Below, one piece after another: positions 38,479 through 46,950 of a stretch of DNA of 64,000 bases. Within the stretch, counting starts at the first letter, position 1, and every line of letters starts with the position of its first letter. The position numbers were made by a program, and so were the translations under genes. The stretch is from contig JAAYYB010000308.1 in NCBI GenBank assembly GCA_012515615.1, positions 7,761 to 71,760 of the forward strand, in the 5' to 3' direction. A model generated the notes under the pieces. That model was not told the DNA's origin. It ran no database searches and saw nothing but the letters and a program-made list of their open reading frames with translations. The stretch comes from Fibrobacter sp. (GTDB taxonomy: Bacteria; Fibrobacterota; Chitinivibrionia; Chitinivibrionales; Chitinispirillaceae).

Positions 38479-38779
38479 TTTTCTTGTGCTGAGCTATGAT
38501 TTCTAAAACTCGACGCTGAGATAAACCACACTGACGAACTATTCGCTTGACTGTAGAAAACTTCCCATCGTAATTAGCGATTATAAACTTTGAGACTGAT
38601 ATAGACTTTTTATATTTAGGCACAATCAGAGTTGTCCCTTCAAAATTCTTCATCAAATCAACAGCGGTTTTAACGCCCAATATCTCCGCGACCATCCGCA
38701 TGTCGCTGTTCGGCATGTCGTCAATCTTCATCTCATTCCAATCAGGTGCAGACGGCAGTTTAGTTTTCGAAGCATTCAT
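38459..38779 (-). CDS. mor: Mor-family middle/late transcription activator
   Basis: MVAEILGVKTAVDLMKNFEGTTLIVPKYKK...IIANYDGKFSTVKRIVRQCGLSQRRVLEII parallels Mu Mor (..HLGGGQVYIPRG...WNDFNGRNVSELTTRYGVTFNTVYKAI). The ATG at 38779 has a GGGAG SD. Confidence 0.75.
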   Translation of the reverse strand: MNASKTKLPSAPDWNEMKIDDMPNSDMRMVAEILGVKTAVDLMKNFEGTTLIVPKYKKSISVSKFIIANYDGKFSTVKRIVRQCGLSQRRVLEIIAQHKKNGTIKQ

Positions 38780-38795
38780 AGAGAAACTCCCGAGA

Positions 38796-39119
38796 TTAAT
38801 TGTGAACAATTGCGGCGCCGCTTGTAAGCAGAAACCGCCTCTTATCATCTATACTTTCAACCACGCATACCGGCATATCGGACCAGATCGTGGAATCAAA
38901 GAAAAGAATTTTTACCCTGATTACTTTACCGGCACTTCTGACAGAGATTTCCTCCCCGGGCAGACCGTATTCCAGCTTCCCCAGTTCAATCAACAGGAAC
39001 TGGCTGTCAAGTACCAGCTGGTGATGCGTGTTCAGGTGATACTGCGCCAGCCTGGCTGTCGATTTTATAAGATCCAGGAGCCAGGCCTTTTTTTCGGAAG
39101 GGGAGGTCAGTGAGTGCAC
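38796..39119 (-). CDS. Hypothetical early protein
   Basis: 107 aa with a GTG start preceded by an AGGAGG SD, which is itself preceded by the ATGGAC/GTCCAT repeat array. Confidence 0.45.
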   Translation of the reverse strand: MHSLTSPSEKKAWLLDLIKSTARLAQYHLNTHHQLVLDSQFLLIELGKLEYGLPGEEISVRSAGKVIRVKILFFDSTIWSDMPVCVVESIDDKRRFLLTSGAAIVHN

Positions 39120-39442
39120 GGGGCCTCCTGAGGGGGGACATGGACTGAATGGACGGAATGGACGGAATGGACGCCGGAGACATCAGAGACAATGGCGGTT
39201 ATGGTTTTTTGACCCTGCGCGGATCTGTGTTTGTCGATTACAGCTATGATGCTGTCCCATTCCGACTGCAGAAAGTGGCCCTTAAGAGAATCATAAGAAG
39301 ACAGACCGACGCGCCTGTCTATCGGGTTGGAACTTGTCATGAGATAGACAAGAAGAGCCAGGTCCATATACCTGTAGTGGTTCCAGTGCCAGGCCTGCTT
39401 TGCGGGGTATCCGCCGATTGTGAGATTCATATTATTATTCAT
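39107..39442 (-). CDS. Hypothetical early protein (C-terminus runs through the 9-bp repeats)
   Basis: 111 aa. The SVHSVHSVHSVH tail is the translation of the repeat array. Confidence 0.4.
   Translation of the reverse strand: MNNNMNLTIGGYPAKQAWHWNHYRYMDLALLVYLMTSSNPIDRRVGLSSYDSLKGHFLQSEWDSIIAVIDKHRSAQGQKTITAIVSDVSGVHSVHSVHSVHVPPQEAPCTH
39139..39174 (+). repeat. ATGGACNNN tandem array (4 units, 9-bp period)
   Basis: ATGGACTGA ATGGACGGA ATGGACGGA ATGGACGCC. Confidence 0.9.
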
Positions 39443-39451
39443 TTAAAGTGC

Positions 39452-40069
39452 CTATAAATACTTTGTAAAGTCTGTTTCAATGGTCAGATCCGGCATGATG
39501 AAGGTCTCGTTCATGCAGGCTCCGACACGGTTGATTTTCAGAGAGAACCGTTCGCTCATTGCTTTAATATCCCTGTCTATTTGGGCAACAAGACTACCAG
39601 GGAGAGTTTTCCCGCCTCCCCGATGGTCCTCATTTATGGTAAGTCCGGAAAAACCTTTGCTGTAGAGCCGGTCGATCAAGGCGGGCTGCAGTCTGTGTGC
39701 CATTACTCCACCGTAAACCTTCGTTTTACAATGTAATGCGGATGGTATTTCATACAGGCTGTCGTGAATGGATAAAACGATAGATGAAAACTGCCCTGCA
39801 GCCGGAGAGTCGAGAATACCGGAGTTAGAGGTGGCTAAATGTACCTGGTCGAAAATTGCCCGGGCGGCGCCTGTTATCATAAAGAAGAGCGGGTGCAATG
39901 TAGGCTCGCCGCCGGTGAGCATAACCGCACTGTGCCCGTCAATCCGCATGCTCCTGAGAACCGAGAGAATTCTAACCAGACTGTCAGATTCTCTGAAATC
40001 TCTGAGTTTACTGGTGATGCAGTACGGACAGTCGTTGTAGCATTTTGCTGTCAATATGTATTTCAGCAC
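39452..40069 (-). CDS. Small radical-SAM enzyme
   Basis: 205 aa with the CX3CX2C cluster KCYNDCPYC at residues 10-17 and the SAM-binding-type motif MLTGGEPTLHP. It is embedded in the Mu-type early operon next to Gam. Confidence 0.75.
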   Translation of the reverse strand: MLKYILTAKCYNDCPYCITSKLRDFRESDSLVRILSVLRSMRIDGHSAVMLTGGEPTLHPLFFMITGAARAIFDQVHLATSNSGILDSPAAGQFSSIVLSIHDSLYEIPSALHCKTKVYGGVMAHRLQPALIDRLYSKGFSGLTINEDHRGGGKTLPGSLVAQIDRDIKAMSERFSLKINRVGACMNETFIMPDLTIETDFTKYL

Positions 40070-40596
40070 TTTTCCTCCCCGACCGTTTCCGCCTCTTCAG
40101 CCTTGAGGAGAGCCTTCACCAGTTTGTCAACAGAACTGTCGGTTGCCTTTATAACAACCTGATCGCCGGTTTCAGATACAGAGACGCCCAGCCATTTGAG
40201 TTCCTGAACAGAGAGGTTTTCAAGAGCGCCCTTGACCGGTTTCTCGGTGGTTTTGACAAGAGTATCGAACTGGTCCGGAAAGTGTTTGCGGATGAGTTTC
40301 ACCACCTGGGCGTCATCATCCCACTCGATAGCCCCTTTACCTTTCTGGAAACCGACCTTTATACCATGAAAGACAACCGTTCTGGGTTTTACAAACAGAT
40401 CGGCCGAGTCCTCAACTGCAGAGTGAAGGAAGCTCCGTTTCTGGGAGACCGCGGCCACCGCTTTTTTGATGCCTGGAAGGAGCCTTCTTTTAGCCGCCTC
40501 TATTTCATCGTTGAGGTTCTGAACTCTCTCGACCAGAACATTTCTGGCATCGGAGAAATCTTTTGTCAATGCTTCAATTTCGGAAAGTGTGAACAT
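40063..40596 (-). CDS. gam: Gam-like host-nuclease inhibitor protein
   Basis: 177 aa with an N-terminal coiled coil, then KPRTVVFHGIKVGFQKGKGAIEW...VVKLIRKHF, matching the Mu Gam layout. Confidence 0.6.
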   Translation of the reverse strand: MFTLSEIEALTKDFSDARNVLVERVQNLNDEIEAAKRRLLPGIKKAVAAVSQKRSFLHSAVEDSADLFVKPRTVVFHGIKVGFQKGKGAIEWDDDAQVVKLIRKHFPDQFDTLVKTTEKPVKGALENLSVQELKWLGVSVSETGDQVVIKATDSSVDKLVKALLKAEEAETVGEEKC

Positions 40597-41096
40597 CAGG
40601 AATTCTCCTTATGTAATTGTGAACGTTTCATGCTCTCAATAGCTGTCTTGATTTTGCGGACATGCAGGGGTTCCAGCCATTCAGGTTTTGACACTCCTGT
40701 TATCCTGGTGATGAATTTCTCATAGGCATAATGCCTGGAGCGCGGATCGGGAGCGAATGACACATCCGCCCACATCGCTTCAAGCATCCGGAGCTGAGCG
40801 GGAGAGGCCATCCCGGGGCGTTTGCCGAGATCGTCATATTTTTTGGGCCGGCAGGAAGAGAGAGGCGCCCGGCCAGGCGCCTCTACGGATCTGTGCACGC
40901 CGGCGGCGGTGGCCATTTCGGAAAGGCGGCGGATCAGCTCGTTTGCCTTCTGGAAGGTCAGCTTTTTGGATGATGGACGGACATTGACAGGGAAGGTCCC
41001 GAAGGACGCAATCATTGCCCTGTAGTCATCATCGGGGATCCTCAGGAGATGAGCCAGTGTATGTATGCGTTTAACCTGTGAGGGTTGTGCATTCAT
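40596..41096 (-). CDS. gemA: GemA/gp16-like protein (DUF1018)
   Basis: It has two repeats of the I/L-H-x-L...DD-YR / QLRMLEAMW type, joined by a linker that carries a GC palindrome copy. Confidence 0.65.
   Translation of the reverse strand: MNAQPSQVKRIHTLAHLLRIPDDDYRAMIASFGTFPVNVRPSSKKLTFQKANELIRRLSEMATAAGVHRSVEAPGRAPLSSCRPKKYDDLGKRPGMASPAQLRMLEAMWADVSFAPDPRSRHYAYEKFITRITGVSKPEWLEPLHVRKIKTAIESMKRSQLHKENS
40861..40884. repeat. GC palindrome family, copy 2 (in the GemA-like CDS)
   Basis: AGAGGCGCCCGGCCAGGCGCCTCT followed by ACGGA. Translated as SVEAPGRAPLSS. Confidence 0.85.
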
Positions 41097-41236
41097 GGCC
41101 TGGACCCCCTGATCCAGATTTCTTTTCCGGTTCTGGTTTTTTTGATCTGTCCACAGGCAATCAGGCGCTTACGCTTGTGATCGTAAAGCCTTTTTGCCTG
41201 GGCAGTGCGGGGATCGATATCGTTTGAAATGATCAT
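41092..41236 (-). CDS. Possible 47-aa ORF between MuB and GemA
   Basis: It has an ATG with a GAGG SD 11 nt after the MuB stop, and its stop overlaps the GemA start (ATGA). It is below the ORF-track size cut-off. Confidence 0.3.
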
Positions 41237-41246
41237 GTTTACCGCC

Positions 41247-42134
41247 TCAGATAATGAGTGATTTTGACGATTCCAGGACTATATCGGGAGTGATTGCACA
41301 GTTATTGATTTCCGCGACACGCTGCGACCTGCGGATCAGTTTTGACAGGACGCGAGTATTACTGTTTGACGCTTCGTGGAAGGTCCTATGGATTCCGTTA
41401 CTCCCGGGAAGAAGCGATGAAACGATCTGTTCCGTATCGACAGATGTCAGCGGCTGCAGGTTCGCGGCGATACCGATACGGGAGTAGATCTGCGCGAACT
41501 CGCCTTTTTTACCACGCAGGTTCGATATGAGCCGTCTCATACCGCAGAACAGGATACCGACACCGGCCTTATCGTGAACGCGTCTTATCAACTCAAGGGC
41601 CCGCAGGGGAAGGTTTTCCGCTTCATCTATTATGATGAGACGGCCGGAATTCTCCATCCTTTTTACGATATCGGTAAACAGGTCGTGAAGCCGCCCGCGG
41701 CCATCACCGATCCCCGATCTCTGATGGAGTTCCGAGAACAGATCCTTGGCGGTATACCCGGCATCGGCCTCGATGAGAATCGTATCACTGTTACGCCTGG
41801 CGTATTCCTTGACAGCCTCGGTTTTTCCGAGTCCGGCATCACCGTAAGCGGCACCCATCTCTCCGTCAAGGTGACAGATCCGCGCAGTCTCGAAGACTTT
41901 TCTGGCTACAGATGTCATTATGAATTTCACCTTAAGCCTCGGAGCCTGTTTCCGTTCCTGCCACCGTTCCAGCAGCTGCTTAACGGACGCATCCATTTTT
42001 GCTTTATCGCCTCTGAATGTGTCGCTCAGATATTGACTGATATAGCCCGGAGAAATCCCCAGAGCTCTTGACACTGCGCTCTGCGGTGTTCCTGTTGAAT
42101 CGAGGTACTGTCTTAACTCATTTCTTACACTCAT
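41247..42134 (-). CDS. MuB-like AAA+ transposition ATPase
   Basis: 295 aa with an N-terminal HTH (QSAVSRALGISPGYISQY), Walker A GDAGLGKT and Walker B LIIIDEAENL. It lies immediately downstream of the transposase. Confidence 0.8.
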   Translation of the reverse strand: MSVRNELRQYLDSTGTPQSAVSRALGISPGYISQYLSDTFRGDKAKMDASVKQLLERWQERKQAPRLKVKFIMTSVARKVFETARICHLDGEMGAAYGDAGLGKTEAVKEYARRNSDTILIEADAGYTAKDLFSELHQRSGIGDGRGRLHDLFTDIVKRMENSGRLIIIDEAENLPLRALELIRRVHDKAGVGILFCGMRRLISNLRGKKGEFAQIYSRIGIAANLQPLTSVDTEQIVSSLLPGSNGIHRTFHEASNSNTRVLSKLIRRSQRVAEINNCAITPDIVLESSKSLII

Positions 42135-42159
42135 ACATTCCTCCCGTTGAATGTTGAAG

Positions 42160-44166
42160 TTAACCCATTACGTCTTCTTTAGACGGTATATCTGACTCGA
42201 AAAGGTAAATTTCAGCCTTGCGGCGTTCCGGCGGCTGAAAAGATGACAGATCAGCGGTGTGTTCAGCCTGCATTTCACGATCTTTCTTTATTGCCTGGTC
42301 GATAAGAGTGTTCTGCACATGCAGAATTTTTGGTGAGGGGTCGATGTCCACCGCGAAGGCATCGGTACCGGTTTTCAGGTGAAAGAGCCGCTCCTGTGGT
42401 GTGGGCGCCTGTGAGACACTGGCGTAAGCCCGGGTGATTTTTCTGTCGCGGTTTTTGGCAGCCAGAGCGTCACGCAATTCTGATTTTTCGATTTCTGTTT
42501 CTGCTAACGCTGGAGCTACAAATTCGGCGATCCGCGCCTTTCCCAGGAGCTCATCTGTTCTGGCGTCATGAACCCAGGCCCGGGCATAGTCCTGCAGATC
42601 CCTGCGCAGATAAACTTTGACACCTTTCACTCCGGACATCCATTCAGCCCAGTATGTAACCTGCAGTTCGCTGTCTCTTATGCCGTTGCGGCCGATTGTT
42701 ACGATCCCGGATGTTCTCATGCAGAACAGACGCAGGCTGTCTTTGTCAACAAACCGTTTTTCCTTGAACTCTTCAGCCCAGGCTTCATCCGGAGAGCGCC
42801 CCTGGAGGTTTTTCCCCTTTGACACCATCCTGTTCCGTATTGTACGGATATAGCTATCAAAGAGAACGTCGAATTCATTGAAGGTGAGGATCTTTCCACT
42901 TTTGATCTCATCAGCCAGTATCTCCGGCCGCTCGGTCACATCACCGCCGCGATAACCAACCATGTGCTTCGAGAACAATTCTTTATTTTTCAGAAAATCC
43001 CGCTCGATCGGTTTGGTCTGGGCGTTATACGGCTGGGCAAAACGCGGAGAAACACCGATAACATGCAGCATGCCATTGGCCTTGACCTCATCGACTGTGA
43101 CTTTGACACGTCGAACGCGGCCACCGGCGAAATCGCGGCAGCGGTAGTCTTTTCCGTTGTCAAGAAGCACTTTCTGCGGTAAGCCGTGCTCCAGCGCAGC
43201 TAAATAAAAGGAGTAGAAAATGTGATCACTGTTTGGAGCCTCTGCATGCACATACCATCCGAGCCATTTCCCTGTTTTAAAGTCTCGCCAGGCAGTTACC
43301 CAGGGAAAACACGCTTTTCCATCAGGGAGCATCACGGCAACATCGATCTGAGCATGGTCTGAAACCCATACAGCGCCCGCAGCTACATGCGCGTAGTCAC
43401 GGTCTACATAGGGTGCATATTTACGGTTGTGGGATGCGGCGCCGTAGCGAGCGTAGTGCTGAGCCTGTTCCGGGACTTCGTTATCGATCCACCGCAGGAA
43501 CGCTTTCACGCCAGGGAAATTGTCTTTTGTAATTGACGGATCAAGAGAGCGGGCATAGCCGAGTGTATAATACCAGCAGCTCTGAGCGGAGGGCGCTCCC
43601 TCTTTGAGGTAAACGGCCTTGTAGTACTCGCCCCATTCTTTTTTGACAGAACTGACGCCCTTGTTTTTACCATACTGAGCCAGGAGGCCGGAGATGCCGT
43701 GTTTTTTGTAGGTTTTACGGGCACCGGTGAGACAGGGGTAGGATGTCTGCAGGTCCGGAGTGTTTTCGTGCTCTTTATTCCATTGTATAAGGAAGTTGCG
43801 GAGCGCGCTTCCTTTGAGACCCTCTGTAGCCCTGAAGAGTGTCAGGTATTTATCGGCGCGCTTGCGTGCCCATTCGGGCGCGCGGGCATAAAGCTCGGCT
43901 TCAACCTCGGTTTCATCACAGTTTAAAAGCTCGTTATCCTGGCTTTGAAACTTGCTTGAAAAGTATTTCGCCCGGGTTTCCGGCGGGAGCGAAGAGAGGT
44001 TTATCTGGTACTGCTCTCCACCGGCTCCCTTTACAAGACGGGCATCATAGCGGCCGCTCTTGCAGTGATAGCAGACAGTACGGGACGGCAAACCGGTAAG
44101 ACCGGCAACCTCCCTGACTGTCAGCCAGGTGTCGTTTTGTGTGGAAAGGGAATTGTTGAGAAACAT
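42160..44166 (-). CDS. MuA-like DDE transposase
   Basis: 668 aa with an N-terminal HTH (WLTVREVAGLTGLPSRTV) and an rve-type core carrying Asp in VWVSDHAQIDV and LLDNGKDYR and Glu in KPIERDF. Confidence 0.85.
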   Translation of the reverse strand: MFLNNSLSTQNDTWLTVREVAGLTGLPSRTVCYHCKSGRYDARLVKGAGGEQYQINLSSLPPETRAKYFSSKFQSQDNELLNCDETEVEAELYARAPEWARKRADKYLTLFRATEGLKGSALRNFLIQWNKEHENTPDLQTSYPCLTGARKTYKKHGISGLLAQYGKNKGVSSVKKEWGEYYKAVYLKEGAPSAQSCWYYTLGYARSLDPSITKDNFPGVKAFLRWIDNEVPEQAQHYARYGAASHNRKYAPYVDRDYAHVAAGAVWVSDHAQIDVAVMLPDGKACFPWVTAWRDFKTGKWLGWYVHAEAPNSDHIFYSFYLAALEHGLPQKVLLDNGKDYRCRDFAGGRVRRVKVTVDEVKANGMLHVIGVSPRFAQPYNAQTKPIERDFLKNKELFSKHMVGYRGGDVTERPEILADEIKSGKILTFNEFDVLFDSYIRTIRNRMVSKGKNLQGRSPDEAWAEEFKEKRFVDKDSLRLFCMRTSGIVTIGRNGIRDSELQVTYWAEWMSGVKGVKVYLRRDLQDYARAWVHDARTDELLGKARIAEFVAPALAETEIEKSELRDALAAKNRDRKITRAYASVSQAPTPQERLFHLKTGTDAFAVDIDPSPKILHVQNTLIDQAIKKDREMQAEHTADLSSFQPPERRKAEIYLFESDIPSKEDVMG

Positions 44167-44196
44167 GAGCGCTCCGTGAAAAGAAAATTCTGTTTA

Positions 44197-44222
44197 ATGG
44201 ACAGAAATGGACTGACATGGAC
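44197..44222 (+). repeat. ATGGAC tandem array (3 units, 10-bp period) upstream of the transposase gene
   Basis: ATGGACAGAA ATGGACTGAC ATGGAC, 30-55 nt upstream of the MuA start. Confidence 0.85.
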
Positions 44223-44273
44223 GTATACTGACGAATGAGACTATTTTCTGCAGCAAAGATGATAGTGACAGTT

Positions 44274-44474
44274 TCATTTATTCCTCCTCAAAGATCCGCT
44301 GGATTCTTTCGGACCCAGCTTTTTGTTGTATTCTACTTCCGCCTGAATCTCCAGCATGACCATCTCGAATTGACAGGCACACAGGAACTCGGCGAGAGCG
44401 TCGTTGTCCCAGCGGCCCGTGGCGCGGGTCACTGTGCTTTTGAGCATTTCGAGATTACAGGTGTAGATTTCCAT
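44274..44474 (-). CDS. Hypothetical early protein
   Basis: 66 aa, between the Ner-like gene and the transposase. Confidence 0.4.
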   Translation of the reverse strand: MEIYTCNLEMLKSTVTRATGRWDNDALAEFLCACQFEMVMLEIQAEVEYNKKLGPKESSGSLRRNK

Positions 44475-44477
44475 GGT

Positions 44478-44690
44478 TTATACCTGTTCTGCTGTTATTG
44501 TCAACCTGAGTTCTATCGGGTCTGATTCACAGAATGAGTATGAGTGGCCGTCTTCGCGACACTGCCTGCAGATCTCCAGCACACTCTCGCGGGACTGATC
44601 GGCATTAAGGTCGAGAGAAAACGGATTCTCCAGGAGACGCTGAACACTGGTACAGGCGGAGATCCAGATTGAAGTTGTTCTGGTTGTCAT
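44478..44690 (-). CDS. Hypothetical early protein
   Basis: 70 aa, Cys-containing (CRQCREDGH). Confidence 0.4.
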   Translation of the reverse strand: MTTRTTSIWISACTSVQRLLENPFSLDLNADQSRESVLEICRQCREDGHSYSFCESDPIELRLTITAEQV

Positions 44691-44836
44691 TGTTTCCTCC
44701 AGCGGCCTTTCAGCTCCTGCAGCCTTTTTTTATTTTTCCGTGTTTGTAAATAAACGAACACAGACCAGACCACAGCCAGCACTACAAAAACCATGTTGGC
44801 GATAGAGATGATCTCCGGCACGTCGAGGCAAATCAT
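44687..44836 (-). CDS. Small single-TM protein
   Basis: The ATG at 44836 has an AAGGAG SD. It has the TM IISIANMVFVVLAVVWSVFVYL followed by a basic tail. The track start at 44875 is a TTG. Confidence 0.35.
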   Translation of the reverse strand: MICLDVPEIISIANMVFVVLAVVWSVFVYLQTRKNKKRLQELKGRWRKQ

Positions 44837-44838
44837 GT

Positions 44839-44991
44839 TTACCTGCTCCTTTTTGCAATGAACACATTGCTCCAATCCAGAACCTTTTCGCGTGCCAGGG
44901 CTTTACACTCTTCAGCGGATGCTGCCTGGGTTCCATCGATCCAGTTTTTCTCGTTACTGAAGGGCCTGCAACTGTAATAGGCCTGATACAT
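44839..44991 (-). CDS. Possible 50-aa ORF
   Basis: MYQAYYSCRPF... . It fills the gap after the structured element and is below the track cut-off. Confidence 0.3.
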   Translation of the reverse strand: MYQAYYSCRPFSNEKNWIDGTQAASAEECKALAREKVLDWSNVFIAKRSR

Positions 44992-45014
44992 ATTTATCCC
45001 CTTCCTTTGAAGTG

Positions 45015-45083
45015 AAAAGCCCGGCCGCTTTCGCGGGAAGGAATAACCGCTTCGGGCCTTGCGGACACCTCTCGACCGGGCTT
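45015..45083 (-). terminator. Long GC-rich stem followed by a U-tract between the Ner-like gene and the downstream early genes (attenuator/terminator candidate)
   Basis: The minus strand reads AAGCCCGG...CCGGGCTT closing a roughly 60-nt structure, followed by TTTCACTT. Confidence 0.35.
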
Positions 45084-45160
45084 GGAAACTGTGGTATACT
45101 TATAAGAAGTTGAAAAGTTCTTATTTCCTGTTGTTGCCATATTTATTTTGTAACAGTGAT

Positions 45161-45376
45161 TTATGCGGCCTTAGTAAACTCGTCCAACCGATCTTTGATC
45201 TTGTGCAGGTTAGATGAGATATACTGATCAACCCGTTTCCGCATTGGCTCTGACGTGTAGCCGCACAAAAAACGGGAGACTGCCATGGGTGACACACCGT
45301 TCCGCCGGGCAAAATCTGCCTGGCTTTCACTATTAACTTCTAAACAAAGGCGGAAGAGCGATTTGCGTAGATCCAT
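45161..45376 (-). CDS. Ner/Cro-like HTH regulator
   Basis: 71 aa with the HTH SQADFARRNGVSPMAVSRFL. It is the first gene of the early operon, divergent from the repressor. Confidence 0.65.
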   Translation of the reverse strand: MDLRKSLFRLCLEVNSESQADFARRNGVSPMAVSRFLCGYTSEPMRKRVDQYISSNLHKIKDRLDEFTKAA

Positions 45377-45461
45377 ATTTCTTCTCCATGAAGAATAAAT
45401 AACTTCAAATTGTTGTTATGATGTAAATATATCATCACTATGAAGAAAAAGCAACATAAAA

Positions 45462-45881
45462 ATGTTACTTGAAGAACTTTCATTCGAAAAAGTTTTTAAA
45501 AGGCTGAAAGACGTGCTAAGTATTATCAGGGATTCTGATATGGCACGTGCTATAGGGACTCAGCCTAATAAATTTGGTATGTGGAAATCACGTAATTTTT
45601 TACCACTGGAATTAATTAACGAGGTTTGTAAGAATAATAGAATTTCCATCAATTATGTTCTTTATGGACAGGGGCCGCAAAAAATACCAGACTCAGATAG
45701 TTCACCACTTTCACTTGAGGAGAAAGTGGAATTATTCACAGTGCAGAAAAAATTACTGCAATTATTCGTCGAGAAAAGTGAACAATTGAGGGCTGCGCTG
45801 CCACCAATATCTGACAAACTACAAGCTGAAATGAATTTATTAAAACGTGCTGCAGAATTGCTTGAAAAGAATTTATCTTAA
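45462..45881 (+). CDS. CI-type phage repressor (Phage_CI_repr-like N-terminal domain)
   Basis: 139 aa. FKRLKDVL...MARAIGTQPNKFGMWKSRNFLPLELINEVCKNNRISINYVLYGQG matches the CI-repressor HTH pattern. It is divergent from the ner-A-B genes. Confidence 0.75.
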   Translation: MLLEELSFEKVFKRLKDVLSIIRDSDMARAIGTQPNKFGMWKSRNFLPLELINEVCKNNRISINYVLYGQGPQKIPDSDSSPLSLEEKVELFTVQKKLLQLFVEKSEQLRAALPPISDKLQAEMNLLKRAAELLEKNLS

Positions 45882-45913
45882 TAGTGATGTAATTACACTA
45901 ACAAAGGGGGTTT

Positions 45914-46474
45914 TTGATGCTCAGGAAAATAATTCTTACATTTGCCACCCTCACAATCACAGCTTCCGCACAAACTGAGCAAGCAATAGAGATGATATAC
46001 CCAACTGCAGGCGCAGCATTCAACCTCTATGACACAATACTAATCAGATGGACTGGCTATGTTGTAAACAGTGAAAATTTGCGAACTGCATTGTATTTAT
46101 CTGTTGATGGTGGCAAAACCTACCCGCATTTTTTGGCAATATGTTCCGGTGGTTACGATACTGCCTTTTACAAATATGCACTTACTCCAAGAATTGGCAT
46201 GGAAAAGATTGACAGTTTGGTATCTAATAACTGCCGTATTCTTGCTCAATATTACATCAGTGGCCAAATAGATTTTATCCTGGGCGGTGATACTTCCGAA
46301 GTCTTCTCTATTCTCCCTGCCACTACAGCCGCCCGGCGCCCTGCAGCTATTACAAACAGAACCAGTATTGTGCCCACTACCACCTCCTCCTTTACCCTCT
46401 CCGGCCGTCTCCTCCCTGCCTGCACTGCCTCATCTGTGCGGCTCCGCGACCACGGATTTATCAGATTACGCTGA
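45914..46474 (+). CDS. Secreted moron protein (Ig-like/Kre9-KNH-like N-terminal pattern)
   Basis: 186 aa with a signal peptide (MMLRKIILTFATLTITASA) and a P..G..F...D.I.IRW pattern. It is downstream of the repressor on the lysogen-expressed strand. Confidence 0.55.
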   Translation: MMLRKIILTFATLTITASAQTEQAIEMIYPTAGAAFNLYDTILIRWTGYVVNSENLRTALYLSVDGGKTYPHFLAICSGGYDTAFYKYALTPRIGMEKIDSLVSNNCRILAQYYISGQIDFILGGDTSEVFSILPATTAARRPAAITNRTSIVPTTTSSFTLSGRLLPACTASSVRLRDHGFIRLR

Positions 46475-46487
46475 TTTCACAGATTAG
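46452..46487 (+). repeat. NCNGATTNN tandem array (4 units, 9 bp)
   Basis: ACGGATTTA TCAGATTAC GCTGATTTC ACAGATTAG. It shares the 13-mer GATTACGCTGATT with 47026-47074. Confidence 0.75.
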
Positions 46488-46495
46488 AAGATAAG

Positions 46496-46530
46496 GCCCG
46501 GACTCCGAGAGGGGGTCCGGGTTTACTTTC
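46496..46530 (+). terminator. Rho-independent terminator after the repressor-moron unit
   Basis: CCCGGAC-TCCGAGAGGG-GTCCGGG followed by TTTACTTT. Confidence 0.6.
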
Positions 46531-46553
46531 ACTTTCACAATTAGGAGGCGGTT

Positions 46554-46748
46554 ATGCAGAGAGAAGAATTAGTAATGACGATAGCAAGGGACCTTTTCAG
46601 CCATGTTAAAATGCCTGGTGACCGCAGGGATGACACAGACCAAAAGACTAACGATCAAATTAAAAACATTTGTAAGTTTTACAAAAAAATGGTTGAAGAG
46701 GTCGGAGTAGTTTACGATGAGATCACTCGCACACCGGACCATACTTAA
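46554..46748 (+). CDS. Hypothetical small protein
   Basis: 64 aa with a strong AGGAGG SD. It is convergent with 46723-46914 and overlaps its 3' end. Confidence 0.45.
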   Translation: MQREELVMTIARDLFSHVKMPGDRRDDTDQKTNDQIKNICKFYKKMVEEVGVVYDEITRTPDHT

Positions 46749-46914
46749 TTGTAACCCTGAGACCTGGAATAGCGAGCTGGCACCCTGTTTCTAAAGCAGC
46801 CATTGCGTCATTCAAGGGGCCGGGTTTATCGTTAATGTCAGGAAAGTTTTTGAGAATAAAATCAGAGATTTCACGGGTTACCCGCTGGTGTTTCTGAACA
46901 TTGGTTTCTGCCAT
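46723..46914 (-). CDS. Hypothetical small protein
   Basis: 63 aa counted from the ATG at 46914, which has an AAGGAG SD. It contains an ...AMAALETGCQLAI helix similar to that of the 47055 gene. Confidence 0.45.
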   Translation of the reverse strand: MAETNVQKHQRVTREISDFILKNFPDINDKPGPLNDAMAALETGCQLAIPGLRVTIKYGPVCE

Positions 46915-46950
46915 TAGATACTCCTTTTGCACCACGACAAATGGTTTATT

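Noticed and set aside
39149-39457. Plus-strand ORFs starting MDGMDGMDA..., ..SMDGMDCMDGMD.. (47736-48035) and MDCMDRMDK.. (56595).
   Set aside because: These starts are just translations of the ATGGACNNN repeats. They overlap better-supported genes, or a strong SD+ATG lies immediately downstream (56631).
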